A stretch of 64,000 nt of DNA from the NCBI GenBank assembly GCA_002269645.1, contig NIVC01000376.1:124001-188000 (forward strand), in the 5' to 3' direction. Origin of the DNA: Macrostomum lignano (Eukaryota). The notes below the pieces were generated by a model. That model was not told where the DNA came from. It was given only the letters and a program-made list of their open reading frames with translations, and ran no database searches. This document shows positions 24,807 to 37,091 of this stretch, in pieces. The position numbers and the translations under genes were made by a program. How positions within the stretch are numbered: position 1 is the stretch's first letter; each line of letters opens with the position of its first letter.

Positions 24807-25625
24807 TTAGCGGCCGCCGCACACACAGACCTCGCTGACCACGCTGATCTCGTGCGGCGCCCAGCGGCACTCGAACTCGCCAGCCACCACGGACAGCCGC
24901 TCGGCGATGCTGCGCATTCGCTTGTTCCACCGCCTGCTCTTCTTCTTCTTCCTTTGCTCTGCCGAATTCCTCCGCTTCTGCTGCGCCTTCTTGTCCCGTC
25001 GTTGGCGTCGTCGCCTACGCAGTCGACGCAGTCGGCGCCGTAGCTGGCGCTTGAAGCTGTTCGAGCAGCGCCAGCGCAGCAGCTGCAGCCGGCGCGGCCG
25101 CCGTCGACGCTGGGCGCCGCAGCGCAGCAGGCCGGGCGGCCAACCGCAGGAGGCACCGCCGCCGCATTCGACGCTGCGAGCCCAGCGCGGCCAGACAGCG
25201 TCGCCCAGATCCGTCCAATTAGCCCGGCCCGGACAGGCGGCCAGGCGCGTCAGCCAGCCGCGGACGGACTGCGGCGAGGCGTTGACGGCGGCCAGCTGCC
25301 TGTTTAGCAGAGTCTGCTGCTCCGGCTGAAGCTCGACGAACTCGCCGCCAGGGTTTGCAACTCGCGGCCGGACGGACAGCCAGCCGAGCCGGAGGTCCTC
25401 TTGGCCGCCGCTGCCCAGCAGCTTGGTCAGCTTGCCGCGGCGCAGCTCTTTTTGACTCGGCTTCGGTGGCTGCGGCTTCGGCAGCTGCCGCTCCGGTGGC
25501 TGCTGCAGAGTCAGCCGGACCGACACCCCGCCTGTGCGGTCCGCATTTTGCAGCTGGGCGTTGGCGACGCGTGCAATTTGAGGCTGGCACAGCAGCAGGT
25601 GAACCAGAAGCAGCAGTAGATTCAT
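24807..25625 (-). CDS. nlg: Noggin-like protein (single exon, 272 aa) with a basic insertion in the cystine-knot domain
   Basis: Signal peptide; WLTRLAACPGRANWTDLGDAVWPRW...C...SCGWPPGL.C...LLRWRC...ECRW...VVSEVCVC aligns by eye with the noggin motif [25 protein letters not shown]...SCSVPEGM.C...VLRWRC...CGW...IISECKC. Confidence 0.9.
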   Translation of the reverse strand: MNLLLLLVHLLLCQPQIARVANAQLQNADRTGGVSVRLTLQQPPERQLPKPQPPKPSQKELRRGKLTKLLGSGGQEDLRLGWLSVRPRVANPGGEFVELQPEQQTLLNRQLAAVNASPQSVRGWLTRLAACPGRANWTDLGDAVWPRWARSVECGGGASCGWPPGLLRCGAQRRRRPRRLQLLRWRCSNSFKRQLRRRLRRLRRRRRQRRDKKAQQKRRNSAEQRKKKKSRRWNKRMRSIAERLSVVAGEFECRWAPHEISVVSEVCVCGGR

Positions 25626-26728
25626 GGCTTGGGCATGCAGCTCTCACACCTCCGACTGGCACGCTGTGGCAACTCTGGGATGATGTGGGGATTTTGTCCC
25701 GTTCCCCACCTCCGCTACCCCCGATTTGAAAACTCGAGCTCTCGACCAACGGCTGAATTCGGCCAATGACGAATGAATTTTCGAGAGGGGTCGGCCTTCA
25801 AGGGCTTGAAAAAGGCCAGAGAGTCGGGCGCGTTGCTGTACGCAGTCACGCACTCATACACACGCTCATTCAGGGTGTACCGCGGCCCTGGCTTTCTAAT
25901 CGTCCGGTATTCACACTCTGTGCCTTTAGGGGATCCGATGGGTGTGAATCGACCGATAGCCCCCTGGCTAATGTCCGTGCACAAGCCCCAAGTTAATGCG
26001 GTCGAGTGGGGTCGAGCCGAGTTACTCTGCTCCCTTATACGAGCTCAAAAACTATCGCACTTACTATAATTACAGTAGTAGTACAAAATATAAATCAATA
26101 AATTTTTAACCAATTTTTGGGCACTGATATCTGGCATCGTTCAAGTTTCTCTTGTTAGTGCGCTTTCCCATGTATTCTGTTTTATCAGATAGATGTCAGC
26201 AACATTTTTTATAGCTAGCTGCTGCTGAAGTGAAGAAAAGCCATGGTGTCACGGTTGCTTACAATAGCATGTAACAAGATGGTTTCTCTCTTAATTACTC
26301 ATAACAAATACGGATGGATAAATTTCTACTTAATGCTTAGCTGAACAGTTAACACGAAATCTGGCGAACTTGTTGACAAGGCGTGTACCAGTTGCTATTT
26401 ATAAACAAGCGATATGCGCAGTTCAGCCAAAGCTCTGCAGAGTTTCACATAGCTAAGATAGCTAAGTAACTGTCTTTGACTGACTGCCGTGACTGCTTGC
26501 TTTCTATTAGTATTTTATCTACACAGATCTGCAAATGAAGTCCACGCGTACAGCTCTGGCAACTCTCTTATCTAACTTTCTAAAATTCAAATCACTTTCT
26601 TCAGACTGCGCGCTTAAAATTTAGTTCGAAATCAAAATTTCCGGTTTTTAGAAATTTTAAAGTTAAAGAAAACACATTGCGAAAGGCCTTCAGTTTAGTA
26701 CAATCTCCGAAACTGTCAAGCAGCAGAC

Positions 26729-29670
26729 ATGAAGATACACGCTGCGTCCCTGACTGTCGTCATTGCTGTCGTCTGCTTGTGGCAGCCTGTGTCTGCCACC
26801 ACCAGCTTCTGGAACAGCCAGTACTCAACTGCCGAGTTTGCTCAGTTCCGCTACAAGAACCAGTTTATGTTGTCGATCTTCCAGCATCTGACTAAGAACA
26901 ACACGTTTTACATCACGCCTCTGGTGCTGCTCGACCACCGGTCTGGCAGTCTGATGCACAATCCGTTTACCGAGTACTGGGAGCTTCGTTTCAGCGTCAT
27001 CATGTGGGACATGGAGTTGCAAGGTGAGTTTGAGCGGCTTTGTCGTTGTTTGACTTTCAGTTATCAGTAACAAGGACGCCAGCATCAAAGGCAAGAATGA
27101 AAGGCAAGAACTAATGACTCTGAATTAGTCGAATTTTCAGGTATCAGCTCATGCCTACAAACCAGGAGTACAAACGTTACTCTTCCATTTTTCAGCCAGT
27201 GTCTACAACTTCCTGACCACCGTCAAAGGCGTTCGCAACCCGGACGTGAAGCTGCTCCCGATGGAACGCGTCCGCTTCCAGTGGCAGTCGCGCAGCCGGC
27301 CCATCGTGAAAAAGCTCGTGATGGAAACCGAGTTCATCGCCACGCACCATCTGCCTCGGCTTCTCACTCTGACGTTCGCCTGCAAGAACCAGTCGCAGTG
27401 CGCCATGCTCAAAGACAAGGTCAGAGAGGATCCGGAGTCGCTCGACAGTTTAAAGCTGGACTGCTTCCTGACTGCGCAGAAGACGGCTAGTAAGACTGTG
27501 CGAGTCACCACTGACAACCTGATGCAGTCTACAACGTTCTCGAAGCTGCTAATGCTGCCTAAGGATGGAAATTACAGGTGAGGATAGCGCTTGATTTACA
27601 TCTCAAAAAGGGGCTCTCTGCTAGCAAATGAGTCGCCGATCGCATAAGGTCCAAAAGACTCTTGTAGCGCGACTTGTGTCCTATTCGAGGTGTGACCAAA
27701 TTAGTTAGGGATGATTTATTAGAACATTATAACATATACCATACTATGTAAATGTAAGTGCCTCACTATTAGAAAATTAAAGTGCAGAAGTGGAATGTCA
27801 GCACTGTATCTTTGTCAGTTCCTTGTCTTTGGTCCTGCAAGGTACATGCGAGCCGACGACTTCAACAACCTGGTTCAAGAGACCTACTCGTCGGTTCGGG
27901 CCACAACTATTCGATCCACCGAATACGTTGAAAAGTACGATGAGCTAAACATAGTACGCTTGATCGAGAGCGCGCTGAAGCAGGACGAGGTCATCACCAG
28001 CACTCTCAGCCAAACGCAGTGGCAGAGCGTCTTCTGGGATCCGACATTCGCTCGACCAGACAAAGTCGTAAGAGAGGCAGCCAAAACGTTCAAAAAAGAG
28101 GACTCTACAGGACAACTTCGGGTCGATAGGGCGTACCTGAGAAGCAACGAGGAGGCCAGGAAACTGTTTGGCTCAAGCAGGTCCCTCAGTGGCTCGGTTG
28201 GGGGCTCCTGGAGAGGTTTGAGTAGCGGTTCAATCAGCGGAGAGAGCTCCCGTAGGGCTGGTGACTCTATCAGCGGCAGCCTGTCGCACTTGAACGACCG
28301 CTACACAATGGACGAGCTCAACCGGAAGCTGTCTGACGCTAATCTGAACGTCGAATGGAACGGTGAACGGTTTATTGTGAGCCCGATGCGTCTGGTTCGA
28401 ATCAACGAGCAGGCCTACCGGTCCCGAAGGGAGCTGATCAGCAACAACATGCAGCTGACCATCTACCAGCAGAGCGCTTCGTTGAGCGTAATTGTTAGGC
28501 AGGAGCACAACGAGACCGCCATGATGAGGGAGACCGCCGCGACAGTGGGTGAGTTGGACGATGGGTTGGATATTTAACTACAATTTTAATAGCTATAATT
28601 AGGAAGTACCTGTAGCTACCTGTATAAATGAACATCATATCAACATTAAGCATTGTTGACCCGAAGTTTCAATTGAAGCTTGAATTTCCTGACCTTTACA
28701 TAGAATTGCTAGGCTCAGTTTCAAACCAATTAATTAATACTGCCATAATCCAATTAGTCAGCACTAATTTTCAACCTGTTTTAGAACCCGTTACTGCGGT
28801 ACATCATATGTACCTTTAAAATTCGAATATTAGACTTTGTCATAAACCCTAAATTGCTCCTGATGTCGCAGCTGTTATAAAATTTCTGTGGCAATCAAGC
28901 TGGTGTGGTTATAAACTTCCACAAACGATACCAGCTCATTAGGCACCAGAATGGAGCTTAAATCAAGGAGCACAGTAATGTTTTATAGACACTCATAAAA
29001 CGCAAGGCTTATGATTTCACGGTTCGGGGAAAAAGTAACGATTGGCTACCGAGATATAGGAAATTTTTTAAAATATTTATTGCTAAGCTGTCATCGGGGA
29101 ATCGCTGAAATGATGTGGCTCATCGGGGGGGGGGGGTTGTTTGCTGAGATACCAAAGGGCAATTTGGATTTGTTGATAGGCCTAACGTCAAAAGGAGAGT
29201 CAGGGTTCAGCCACGTCTTAAAGGAGGAGATGGCTTTTACTGGTCGGACAAATTATTTATTTCAATCGTTTAAGTAAGCATTAGATTTATTTGATATCCT
29301 ATGAGTACTTAGCTGTTCTCGTTAATCTTGTTAAACAATAAAGTTGGACTCTGAGCTTAGTTAATTATCATGAATCATCATAATTGCATAAAACATGCAC
29401 TAAACACATTCCCTCCACGCAGGCGCTTTCCCCACCGAGTACAGCTACTGCCTGCTGTCGAACGGCGGCAGCTGTCCTCCGGGATTCACCCGCAGCTCCG
29501 GCTTCATGAAGTCCATCAGGCTGGACACCAGCAGCAGCGGCATGATCAGCAAGGCCAAGCTGGGCGACTCGGCCATCAAGTGCCACAGTCCCGGAGACTC
29601 GGACGACTGCTCGTTCAGAGGCTGGGAGCCGTTCAAGGGCGAGCTGCATCTGCACGTTTGCTGCCGTTGA
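26729..29670 (+). CDS. Secreted 543-aa protein, paralog 1 (exons 26729-27023, 27196-27577, 27842-28548, 29423-29670); unknown N-terminal domain with Ser/Gly hairpin plus ApeC-like C-terminus
   Basis: All four exons join in frame (phases 1,2,1; total 1632 nt); signal peptide; same exon structure as paralog 2. The functional call is inference. Confidence 0.85.
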
Positions 29671-30225
29671 ATGTCGAGGAAGTCATTGCTAACCTTACTG
29701 CCGATTGTGACCATTTCAAAACTGGTCGCGGAAAGTTTTTCAATAATATTCAGTAGTAGAATATAAACAATGTGCCTGATTTGAATTTTATTCTGGCTCT
29801 GTCAAACAATTCTGTTTGTTACTCGTAATTGGTAGCTATGCGATTAATTTGTAATTTATTGTCAAATAAGTCTCATTGCATCCAACACATTTATTTGGCT
29901 GTAAATGGCAATAAATTAATTTAATTTAAAAAAAAACTCAGACAAGCACACCATCGTCTGAACTTGGCGAGCAATTCCGGCTATTGAAAATGTAAATCTT
30001 CGAATAGCGAATTATTTACCTAACGTTTCGCGCATTTTTTTTACTTTTCGGTACATCACGTGTGCTAGTTGTGCACACTGCTAAACCGCTGGTATTCAGA
30101 TAAATGTTCTGAAAATGCACCCAGGATTTTATGGATTTTATGGTGGGGGGACAATGCCAAGAATTCTACGAGCCGTACAGAGTCGATTCCTACATTTTTT
30201 AAAATCTGTGTTGTTAGCGCTCATT

Positions 30226-30830
30226 TTGGCACCGCAGGCACTCATTTTAGCGCCGCAGGCACTCATTTTGGCACCGCAGACACTCATTTTAGCGCCACAG
30301 GCACTCATTTTGGCACCGCAGACACTCATTTTAGCGCCACAGGCACTCATATCGGCGCCGCAGGCACTCATTTTGGCACCGCAGGCACTCATATCGGCGC
30401 CGCAGGGCACCGCAGGCACTCATATCGGCGCCGCAGGCACTCATATCGGCGCCGCAGGCACTCATTTTGGCACCGCAGACACTCATTTTAGCGCCGCAGG
30501 CACTCATTTTGGCACCGCAGGCACTCATTTTGGCACCGCAGGCACTCATTTTGGCACCGCAGACACTCATTTTGGCACCGCAGACACTCATTTTAGCGCC
30601 GCAGGCACTCATTTTAGCGCCGCAGGCACTCATTTTGGCACCGCAGGCACTCATTTTGGCACCGCAGGCACTCATTTTGGCACCGCAGGCACTCATTTTG
30701 GCACCGCAGGCACTCATATCGGCGCCGCAGGCACTCATTTTGGCACCGCAGGCACTCATTTTGGCACCGCAGGCACTCATATCGGCGCCGCAGGCACTCA
30801 TTTTGGCACCGCAGACACTCATTTTAGCGT
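30226..30830. repeat. 21-bp minisatellite (GGCACCGCAGGCACTCATTTT)
   Basis: Direct. Confidence 0.95.
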
Positions 30831-31250
30831 TGGCCTTAGTGGAAGTCTTTTGCCACTAATGACACCATTTATAAAATATGCAGGATTTGCAAAATAGTTA
30901 GTTTTTTACAAAAAAACTCCAATCGCACTACTGCTGTTAGCGAACGCGGCAGAGCATGTGATTCGCGATCTTATCAGTCTGCCCAAATCATTTGATCACC
31001 TGCGCCTCTCCGCTCGTGCGGCCTGGCCTTATCAGTTGTTTTTGTGAAATTTTCAGTGCACGCCAGGCTTCCAGATCCAAGTGCTTTGTCTAAACAGAAA
31101 CTGAATTTCGACTGTGTGCGCACCCAAATACAGTGCAAGTCAAGCAAGCAAACTTCTAAATTGGCAGGTATTTCCGTTTCACCTTGATAACCGTCTTGGT
31201 TAAGCAGCTCTGCAGCCAAGTTGGGCCAAAATTACACGGATACGAAAATC

Positions 31251-34200
31251 ATGGCAAAGCACTTGGCAAGTTCAGTCGCTTTGATTTTGTCAGCTGCCAT
31301 CTGCCTGTGGCAGCCGGCGAACTGCGTCAGCTTCTGGGACAGTCAGTACTCGACTAGTGAGTTCGCTCAGTTCCGCTACAAGAACCAGTTTACCGTGTCC
31401 ATCTTCCAGCACCTTACCAAGAACAGGACATTCTATATCACGCCTCTGGTGCTGCTGGATCACACATCCGGCTCGCTGACTTACAATGACTTCACAGAGT
31501 TCTGGGAACTCCGCTTCGACGTCATCATGTGGGATAGCGAGATGCAGAGTAAGAAAAATGCTTTCCATAATATAAAATAAGACCCTTTTAAATATTTTAA
31601 AGGTTTAAAGGGATTTTTGGACACCTTTGCAGCAAAATAGTACACGTATGTGAATGGTGTATAAGTAGCTGTGTGATTGAGTCTGCCGGGATCCTGCAAA
31701 CTGCACTGACTGAGGGCTTAAAAAACCAAGAACTAACCTCATCGAACATCCTGTACCAATTGCCAACCCTCGCGAACATTGCAGCCAGCGTCGTCGACTT
31801 TCTAACCCGGGTGAAAAAGGTCGCCAGACCGGATGTGCGGCTGCTGCCTCTGGAGAAGGTCCGCTTTCAATGGCAATCTCGCAACCGACCCTTGAAGAAG
31901 AACATCATCTTGGAGAACGAGTTCTTGGCCACCAATCACCTATGGGATCCGTTGAAACTAATTTTTGCTTGCAAAAACGAGACTTACTGCGCCAGACTGC
32001 TGACGAAAGTCAGAAACAACCCGAGGTCTCTCGACAGCCTCGTTCTGGACTGCTTCTTGACCGCACAGAAATCTGTTAGCAAAACTGTGACAGTCACTAC
32101 TGACAATCTCATGGAGACAACTGCCTTTTCGAAGCTGATGCTGCTGCCTCCTGATGGAAATTACAGGTTATTATGTCACGTGTAGTCATATTGTATGTAA
32201 TTAAAGATGCCAGGTCCTGAATTAACAATGACTGTTATTTCTCATTGATCAAAAAGTGGCACTCAAAACTGGAGTCGTGTAGGCCTCTACTGATTAGTAG
32301 AACTACTCTCGTAAATGTATCAACGCCATCGAAGCTAATTGAGTACAATACTTCCTAACGCAGGTATATGCGAGCCGACGACTTCAACAACCTGGTGCAA
32401 GAGACCTACTCGTCGGTTCGGGCCACCACAATCCGGTCGACTGAATACGTTGAAAAGAAAGACGAATTCGACATCATGCGTCTCATCGAGGGCGCTTTGA
32501 AGCAAGACGAAATCTACGCCAACAGACTAAGCGAGACCAAGTGGCGCAGCGTCTTCTGGGACCCGGTGTACGCACGTCCGGATCGCGTTGTGCACGAAGC
32601 CTCAAGAACCTTTAAAAAGGACGAGTCCACGGGTTTAATGAAGATCGACAGGGATTACCTGAGAAGCAGCGACGAGGCTAAGAAACTATTCGGCAGCACA
32701 TCGAGCACCAGCTGGTCAGCTGGCGGTTCGGCTTTCCTTTTCTCTGCCAAAGTTGGCTCGAGCAGGACAGTGACGGATAGGGGCTCGGAGAGCTCCAGAC
32801 GGTCTTATCAGCGAGACTCTTTCACAGGCGAGGAGCTCAACAATAAGCTATCCGAACGCAACCTGAATGTCCAGTGGAATGGCGAGCGATTCGAAGTGCG
32901 CCCACTGCGGCTGGTTCGAATCAACGAGCAGTCGTTCCGCTCCCGTCGAGAGCTGGTCAGCAACAACATGCAGCTTACAATCTACCAGCAGACTACCACG
33001 TTCAAAGTGATCACTGTACCGGAGCGAAACAGCAGCTTGTTGCTTAGGGATCTCGCCAGTGCTGGTAAGCAATTAGTACTCCTCGATTGCTACACGTCAG
33101 TATCTTATTTAGTTGAACTAGAACACGATGAAAATAATTGATTTACATTCGATGGTTTTTCTCAAGGTTTACCTAGTTTACCATATGAAAACATGCACTT
33201 ATAACAAATTATTTCTAGTCAAGCAGCAGCATCACGAGACATGGCATCGGAGAACTTAAATCCCATTTAGCCTTAGTACAGCTCAGTACTCCCATTGAGA
33301 CATAGCACCTCAGTAAATGTAATTACGCTTTTTAAAGTTATAAATGTCAACGAGCCTTTAGTAGTCAGAATCCATCTCAGCTAGCAAACGCAGCCCACTA
33401 CAACAGCTCCAAGGTTTTAAATGTCATGGGAAAAGGCAAACAAAGAACTAAAACGATAAAGTTTGCTTTCAGCCCCAAAAGTGCTTCGATTAGGTTCCCT
33501 GATCGTAACCAAATACTATTGAAGACGAAGCCCTTGACTTACTTGACTTAGCTGCAGGGCTGTCCCGGAGGGGACACAGCGGGAAGGCGCGGGCGCCCAT
33601 TCCGCTAGTCCCTGAACGGCCGACGCGTCGCTATGGACGGAGGGTTGGCGCCGCCCAGGGAGGTCCCCCAGTGTCGCCAGCAGCTATAGTGCTCTCTGGA
33701 AAGGAGAGTTCAGCCCTGCGGGTGGCCCGAAGGTAGCGCATGAGCTGATTAAAGTTTTCGGGTTTGCACGCTTCAGTAATAGATGTGTGTGGCCCGAGGT
33801 AAGTGAGTCTGGCCCGCGTGAAGGCGGGACAGATGCTGACGAAATGCTCAGCGGTTTCGTCACCTGAGTTGCAGAAACTACAGGTGGCGTTGGTGGCGTT
33901 GCCCTGCAGGTACTGGTGCCTGGAGAAGCAGCCGTGACCAGAGAGGGTCATGGTGGCAGCCCGGATGTCTCTGCGCGAGAGGCGCAAGAGGAGCTTCCGG
34001 AGCTGGTGAGAGGGCTGAGGGACAGCGCCTCTGGATTGCCTGCAGTTCGTGCGGTTCGCCCAAGTCGAGCGGTGCTGAGTCCTGATCCACGCTTTGATGC
34101 GCGAGTCGATGACACAGCCAGGAACCGGGACAAGAGGTTCGGGGCCGAGAGAGGAGCCGGAGGCACCAACTTTTGCAAGGGTGTCAGCCAACTCATTTCC

Positions 34201-35313
34201 TCGGATCCCCACATGCCCCGGAACCCACTTAAGGGTAATTTTGTTGGCGGAACCCAACACGTTGAGGAGTTTGATACAGTCGAGGACTGTAGCAGAGTTG
34301 GTGCTGCAGCCACTGATGGCGTGCAAGGCAGCTTGGCTGTCCGAATGGAAAATGATGTTCTTACCAGTAACGCCAGTGGCGAGAAGCTCTGCAGTGCAGG
34401 AGCTGATGGCCAGAACTTCATTTTGGAAAACACTGGAATTGACCCCAGTGTATTGAGCGTGGGTAGCGATGACCCTCCCGTTCAGAAAGATTCCAACACC
34501 AAAGCCGGTGTTGGCTGACTGCTTAGAACCGTCGGTGTAGCAATGAAGCTCACCAGGGTTCCATTGGTCATTGATGTTATCGCGCGAGTCGATAGCTACG
34601 GAGTAGCGCTGTCTCAGGTTGAGCGTTGAGGCAATGCCATCGGTGAAGACGCGATTGGCCTGACACTCGTTGAGAAAGTTGAGGCACAGATCGCTATGCG
34701 GGACAAGGTTCCGCTTAGCAGGTGCTCTCATGTAAATGAATTTGACGCCGGCATCAATTAGACGCCGCGTCGTTCTAGCCGCCTCACCCCTGATGAAGAG
34801 GTCAAGAGGCGGAAGATTAAGGAAGGCCCCATGCCAGCAAAGGGCGTGGACCTGGTGGCAAGACGAAGCCCAATTGATTGTTAATCTACAGCTGCCCCCG
34901 AAGTAAGTTCTTCCAGGCGGTCCTTGAACGCAAAATTGTAAGATGGAATGTATGCAGGTACTAAATTCTATCTCAAGCCATTCCTTTCATAAAACTATTC
35001 TATCTGAATCTGCGAAATAAATACAACAATGTTCCACCATAACAAATCTCTTGCATACGCTTCAGGAGAATTCCCCAGCAAGTACAGCTACTGCCTGCTG
35101 TCGAACGGCGGCAGCTGTCCTCCGGGCTTCACCCGCAGCTCCGGCTTCATGAAGTCCATCAGGCTGGACACCAGCAGCAGCGGCATGATCAGCAAGGCCA
35201 AGCTGGGCGACTCGGCCATCAAGTGCCACAGTCCCGGAGACTCGGACGACTGCTCGTTCAGAGGCTGGGAGCCGTTCAAGGGCGAGCTGCATCTGCACGT
35301 TTGCTGCCGTTGA
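31251..35313 (+). CDS. Secreted 542-aa protein, paralog 2 (exons 31251-31548, 31785-32166, 32364-33064, 35066-35313)
   Basis: In-frame GT-AG splicing with the same phases as paralog 1 (total 1629 nt); clear protein similarity throughout. Confidence 0.85.
33534..34859 (-). mobile_element. 5'-truncated non-LTR retrotransposon with RNase H and C-terminal zinc-knuckle-like region (I/R1/Loa-type), in intron 3 of paralog 2
   Basis: ORF 33631-34731 with YTDGS, AI...HSDSQAAL and WVPGH.GI.GNELAD; 12-bp TSD AAGACGAAGCCC at 33522-33533 and 34860-34871; short AAGTC-type tandem 3' tail. Confidence 0.9.
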
Positions 35314-37091
35314 ATGTCGAGGAAGCCATCGCTATCCTTACGACTCTCTCCATTACATGCGCATATTTCAAAAACTGCTAGCGGAAAACTCTGCTCCCAA
35401 CACTTTCCGAGTTAATTTTCGTATCTCTACTGATTCAAAGATATAAAGGTAAAACGCTTTATAACTAACTAATCAAGGACTTTATTTTCGACATTTTACG
35501 AGCGTATATTTATATGATTAATAATTTTCAATAATGCATGCAATTTCTATCCAACTCTAAATTATGACTCCTCCTTGGTGGAATGTGATTCGAAATACAA
35601 ATTCGTAAAATTTTATTCGAGTTTCGATCAGACTTGTTCAAGGCACCAGTTATTAATAGCAAATGCTAGGCTGCGTGCCATCAGAAGGTTGCGCAATGAA
35701 CTCATTTTTATGATGCTATACAGGATACGTAAGAACTAATAGTGATGAATAGATAAATGTATCTGTAGCTCGTAATGATATTAACTTCTTAACTTCATTC
35801 AGAATTGGAGAATAATTCGATCGAAACTTGAATGACTTGCTCAGTGGAGCGAGTTCATGTCAATTCTGCAGCCGAAGCTGAAATCTAATTGACATTCGAT
35901 TAAAGCTGAGATTGCAATCGAATTCAACCCATTGAATCCACGCATGTCAATTCTCGGTTTGTTCTTCTTCTGAGGACCTCTAGAGCAGTTAGCGATTGCT
36001 AAATCGAAAAGTCATTGAACTCAAAGAGAGTTTTGTTAGCTATAGCTTCCAAGTAGGCATTTCCAGGGACTTGCTGCACTTACACTTTGCTGCACCCTGC
36101 GATGCTGCATAGAGCCTTCATCGGAGCTTTGGGTTGGTTAGTTAGCGTGCGCGGCTGGGCTTAGGGCTCTGCTGCAAGTCAAAAGCAACAGTCCACCTGC
36201 AGAGAGCGACTCTCCGAGACGTCTTACGAGGGCCAACCCTCAAGGCACAGAAAGTGTATACATTCCTGACGATCAGAAAATCAGGGCCGCTGTATATCAT
36301 ACACCCTGTTGTGAGCGTGTGTACATGTATGCAGTGCTCATCAGGAGTCGGATGTCTGGGCAGAATTGCAGTCAAATCAGCTGGTTGCGGGACGATGTCG
36401 ACAGCGTTGCATCTTCCAGGCCGATGAGCTGCTCTGTTGCCGAGCTTGGGTTGGTACTCAGTGCCAATTGCCCCGGCTCCAAATGATGGCGCCGTTTTTA
36501 TCAAACATGTTTATACGAGTGCAAACTATAGGAAGTCTTCCTAGACTAAACTAACAGCAGCGAAAATAATCCTTGATTAACACACTTGATTAACACCCAA
36601 CCTCTGGATGCCGAGATTCCCTTGATTGATGAGAGATTGGAGGCAGGTGTTAATCAAGGCTTACTGTCGTTGCTTACCCTTTTCAATTTAAAGGATATAA
36701 GAGGGTACAAAGATAAATTAAGGGATTTCTTTGTTTGATAAACGTGACATTGTCATTTTACAGCCAAAAAAAACTGCGCGAAAAATTTTAAGCTTGTATC
36801 TCGTTAGTGCATTTTGTAGGGAAAAGCGGCCTTTTATTAAAATTTCTATTAAAATAAAGACTCTAAGTCTCGTTTAAAGAGATATCTTCCGGGCGTTTCT
36901 TGGTTGAATTTGCTCGTCTTTTCAAGCTAGCTACTTACTAGAACAGTAGCTTGAATGCTTATCAATTCTAACGTCTTTCGTAACATTCTCAATTTATTGC
37001 AGCGATTTTGACAGTTTCCAATTCAAAAGCCACCACCAGAGCTGTAAATTTTTAATATTCGACTGTGTTTTTACTCGTAACAACGATTTCT

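Noticed and set aside
36300-36350. CTGATGAG on the minus strand as a hammerhead ribozyme
   Set aside because: After the GAGC/GCTC stem the sequence is ACAAC rather than GAAAC, and no NUH cleavage triplet with stem I pairing was found
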